Assembly (NCBI GenBank): GCA_965223845.1
Contig: CBDCXR010000004.1
Span: forward strand, 1,472,001-1,536,000
Reading direction: 5' to 3'
Source of the DNA: Planctomycetota bacterium
GTDB taxonomy: Bacteria; Planctomycetota; UBA8108; SXIK01
Length of the DNA: 64,000 nucleotides
Positions 61,064 through 64,000 of the stretch are shown piece by piece. The notes below the pieces were generated by a model. It was not told where the DNA came from and did no database searches. It saw only the letters and a program-made list of their open reading frames with translations. The position numbers and the translations under genes were made by a program. Positions within the stretch are counted from its first letter, which is position 1, and each line of letters begins with the position of its first letter.

Positions 61064-61169
61064 CCACTTACATCCGCTCTTCTCGGCTTCGGCCAGGTCT
61101 CTCGAGGAGCGTCTCGGGCGGCGCGCGCTGAACTGTGCGCCGCCGCCGGTTCGCGCGAGGAACTACTGC

Positions 61170-62069
61170 GTGAACGCCTCAGTCGTCGACTCCGCGCCGG
61201 ACGCTTCGCTCCCGCAACGCATCGGTCTCGTCGCCGGTGGAGGGCGATTCCCCGTGCTCGTCGCCGAGGGACTCGCACGACGAGGAGTCGAGGTAGTCTG
61301 CGCGACCCTCCACGGTCAGGACGACCCCGCGCTCGCCGATGCCTGCGTCGTAGTGCGGAAGTTCGGTTTCGCGCGCCTCGGCCCGCTCTTTCGCTTTTTT
61401 CGCCGGCACGAGGTCCGCGAGCTCACCTGGGCCGGCTGGATCCGCAAGGAGTCGATCTTCGCGCGCTGGCGCTGGCTGCGGCTCGTCCCCGACTGGCGTA
61501 TGATACGCTTCTACTTCGTGCGTCTCCGGCGGCGCGATCGCCAAAATCAGACGATTCTGAGCGCGCTCGCCGAAGAGTTCGCCGCCGAGGGTTTCGAGTT
61601 GTCGCATTCCGTGAAGTACAGCCCCGAGTTGCTCGCACCCGAGGGCGTGCTGTCGCGACGTCGACCCACGCCGGCCCAGTGGGAGGACGTTCGCTTCGGC
61701 TGGGACGTCGCGAAGCGAATGGCCGACCTCGACGTCGGGCAGAGCGTCGTCGTCTGCGAGAAATCGACGCTCGCCGTCGAGGGAATCGAAGGGACGGATC
61801 GCAATATCCGCCGAGCCGGTGAGTTCTATCGGCGCGGAGGATTCACCGTCGTCAAGGTGGCGAAAGACGGTCACGACATGCGCTTCGATGTCCCGGCGGT
61901 GGGTCCGGACACGATCGCATCGATGCGCGCAGCCGGCGGTGCCGTTCTCTGCATCGAAGCGGGGAAGACGCTCACGATCGATCGCGCGGCGATGCTGAGC
62001 GACGCCGACGCGGCCGCAATCGCCGTGGTCTCGCTGGTCGACGGCCGAGAACCGAGGCCCGCGGAATAA
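61170..62069 (+). CDS. lpxI: UDP-2,3-diacylglucosamine diphosphatase LpxI
   Basis: IGLVAGGGRFP, DVGQSVV, AVEGIEGTD, VKVAK…DMRFDVPAVG, IEAGKTL. GTG start with GAGGA RBS. Confidence 0.92.
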   Translation: MNASVVDSAPDASLPQRIGLVAGGGRFPVLVAEGLARRGVEVVCATLHGQDDPALADACVVVRKFGFARLGPLFRFFRRHEVRELTWAGWIRKESIFARWRWLRLVPDWRMIRFYFVRLRRRDRQNQTILSALAEEFAAEGFELSHSVKYSPELLAPEGVLSRRRPTPAQWEDVRFGWDVAKRMADLDVGQSVVVCEKSTLAVEGIEGTDRNIRRAGEFYRRGGFTVVKVAKDGHDMRFDVPAVGPDTIASMRAAGGAVLCIEAGKTLTIDRAAMLSDADAAAIAVVSLVDGREPRPAE

Positions 62070-62482
62070 CGCGCGTTCGTCCCGGCCTCCTACCGCCCGC
62101 GAGCCGAATTCGCCGAAACGATGAACGGCGCGGCACGAGATTCGAAGAGTGTTGAGCTCGTGACCGAGTCGCCGCCTCCGGGTCGCTTTCACCGCACGCC
62201 GCTTTCACGAGCTGTTAGGGGCCCGCGGGTTCTCCCGGCGGCCGATTATCGGTAGAGTGGAAGCCGAGTGGTCCGACTGCGGCTGTAGTGTGCGCCTCGG
62301 GCCCAGAGCATTCCGGACGGCCGATGAGGCCGCCACCTTCTCAAGACCATCCGTTCGCCCTTCCGCATCGAGCCGCGGGCTGCGAGGTGAATCTCGTTCG
62401 GAGAGATTCGCTCGCGGTCGACGGTGCGTTCGCGGGTGGGATGGACGTCAATCTTATAGACAGGACACGCATGGAGATTGGT

Positions 62483-63976
62483 ATGAAGCCCAGGCTTCTC
62501 GCAGTGATCGTGGCGTGCTGCGTCGTTCCCGCCGTGGCGAACGCCGGCGACCTCAAGGGCGATCTCGACAAGCTGCTGAAAGACGGCTCGAACCGATTCG
62601 GGACTCTCCTCAAGGGGAAGATCGATGAGGCTCTCGCCGAAGCTCAAAAGGGTTTTGTCGAGGCGGTGCTCGGCATCACCGAAAAGCACCTCGCAGAGGC
62701 GAAGACGAAGTTCGATGCCGATCTCGCTGCGCGCGATAAGCGCATTGGAGAGCTCGAAGGGCGATTGAAGTCGCTCGAGGCGAAGCTCGCCGAGGCGAAG
62801 GCCATCGATCCGTGGCTGCAGAAGGAGCTGACGGGTGCGTTCGTCGGGCTCGGCTACACCGATCTCCCGGATGAGCAGAAAAAGGCGCTCAAGGTCGAAG
62901 GCGGTGCGGTCGTGACCGACCTCATCGCCGAGGGACCGGCGGCCGCGGCCGGAATTCAAAAGGGCGACGTGATCACTGCGATCAACGGACGCGGAGTCTC
63001 GTCGACCAACTTCAGCTCCGCCGTTCGGACGTTTGCGCCCGGGAGCAAGATCAAGCTCACTCGCATTCGTGAAGGAAGCGCAGCGGACGTCGAGGTCACG
63101 CTCGTCGACAAGGACGCGTTCTGGAAGGAAAAGGTTCAAAAGCTGAAGCCGGTCGTGCTCGGCGTCCGGGTGACGGAGAACGACGGCCTCGTCGTGAGCG
63201 ATATCGAGGACGGATTCACCGGCGCGGTCGCGGGTCTCAAGGACGGCGATCGGCTTCTCAAGGTGAACGGCGCCGATGTGAAGACGCTCGAGGAGGTCTC
63301 GGCGAAGCTTCAGCCGGTGCACGCGGGCGATCGACTCGAGCTTTCCATTCAGCGGGGAGCTCAGACGATTGCGGTCGCAGTCGTCGCCGGAAACGGGAAG
63401 GGCGACGCTAAGCTTCTCTCTTCGGAATCGTCGACGCGAAAGGGCGTCCTCGGTCTCGACGTCGTTCCCGGCGACGCCGGCGCCGTCATCGAGGCGGTCG
63501 CGGACGGGGGCACCGGTGCGGCCTACGGACTTCAAAAAGGTGATGTGATCAAGAAGATCAACGCCCAGGACGTCACGGCGACGGCAAAGCTCGTCGAGGT
63601 GGTGAACGGTCTCACCGCGGGCGAGAGAATCTCGATCGTGGTCGCGCGTGGCGACTCCGAGGTGACGATCACCGACGCACTCGTCGGAGCCGAGGGAGAA
63701 ACGGTACCCGCTCCGCCGAAGCCGGGACGCCTCGGGATCGTGGCTGAGGAAACCGAAGACGGGAAGATCGTCGTTCGGTCGCTCGAAGCGGGTGGCGCCG
63801 GCGAGAAGAGCGGTCTCAAGGTCGGAGACGTCCTCGTCTCGGCCGGCGACCGCGCACTGAAGAGCTTCGACGATCTCGCGGCCGTCCTCACCGGCAAGCA
63901 CGCCGGCGACTCGATCGCGTTCAAGGTGCGTCGCGGCGATAACGAGAGCGAGGCGAAGGTCGTCCTCGGCGAGTGA
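62483..63976 (+). CDS. Secreted coiled-coil + four-PDZ-domain protein
   Basis: GGAGA RBS, signal peptide (…AVANA), helical coiled coil, four PDZ units each with G(I/L)xxGD(V/R). No protease triad. Confidence 0.85.
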   Translation: MKPRLLAVIVACCVVPAVANAGDLKGDLDKLLKDGSNRFGTLLKGKIDEALAEAQKGFVEAVLGITEKHLAEAKTKFDADLAARDKRIGELEGRLKSLEAKLAEAKAIDPWLQKELTGAFVGLGYTDLPDEQKKALKVEGGAVVTDLIAEGPAAAAGIQKGDVITAINGRGVSSTNFSSAVRTFAPGSKIKLTRIREGSAADVEVTLVDKDAFWKEKVQKLKPVVLGVRVTENDGLVVSDIEDGFTGAVAGLKDGDRLLKVNGADVKTLEEVSAKLQPVHAGDRLELSIQRGAQTIAVAVVAGNGKGDAKLLSSESSTRKGVLGLDVVPGDAGAVIEAVADGGTGAAYGLQKGDVIKKINAQDVTATAKLVEVVNGLTAGERISIVVARGDSEVTITDALVGAEGETVPAPPKPGRLGIVAEETEDGKIVVRSLEAGGAGEKSGLKVGDVLVSAGDRALKSFDDLAAVLTGKHAGDSIAFKVRRGDNESEAKVVLGE

Positions 63977-64000
63977 CGGTTCGCGCGCCTCGTGCGCTCC

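Noticed and set aside
60933-61169. N-terminal extension of the lpxI ORF in the track
   Set aside because: It runs through the tRNA-Leu gene. The likely start is GTG 61170 with a GAGGA RBS.

Overview
This is a high-GC, gene-dense bacterial chromosomal window with about 39 protein genes and two tRNA-Leu genes. The source is most likely a Planctomycetota-type organism. That is an inference from the ThuA/propeller/multiheme fusion, the lamin-tail/CotH protein with a dockerin-like C-terminus, LpxI and the KMGKS-type LeuRS. Housekeeping genes include leuS, purU, htpG, surE, lpxI, a UbiD-family decarboxylase, ThiF/MoeB and a NupC transporter. The window also carries a RegB/RegA redox two-component pair, a complete MoxR-DUF58-vWA (Bat-type) operon with an inserted TPR/PPIase gene, and several large secreted multidomain proteins. 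No transposase, integrase, phage or cas genes were seen. The most notable observations are: (1) a DacZ-type diadenylate cyclase fused to a PTS EIIA domain that lacks its phospho-acceptor His, with an intact standalone EIIA about 7.5 kb away; (2) a secreted HEAT/amidotransferase-fold protein with an Arg/Ser/Lys low-complexity tail, which could be a substrate for the secreted CotH kinase in the same window; (3) a 2 x 109-bp structured palindromic repeat between a GAF-[2Fe-2S] ferredoxin fusion and regA; (4) a Ser/Thr kinase-ATPase-TPR-sigma54 activator gene with an apparently leaderless promoter and a palindromic operator. All product calls come from motif recognition by eye, and no searches were run.
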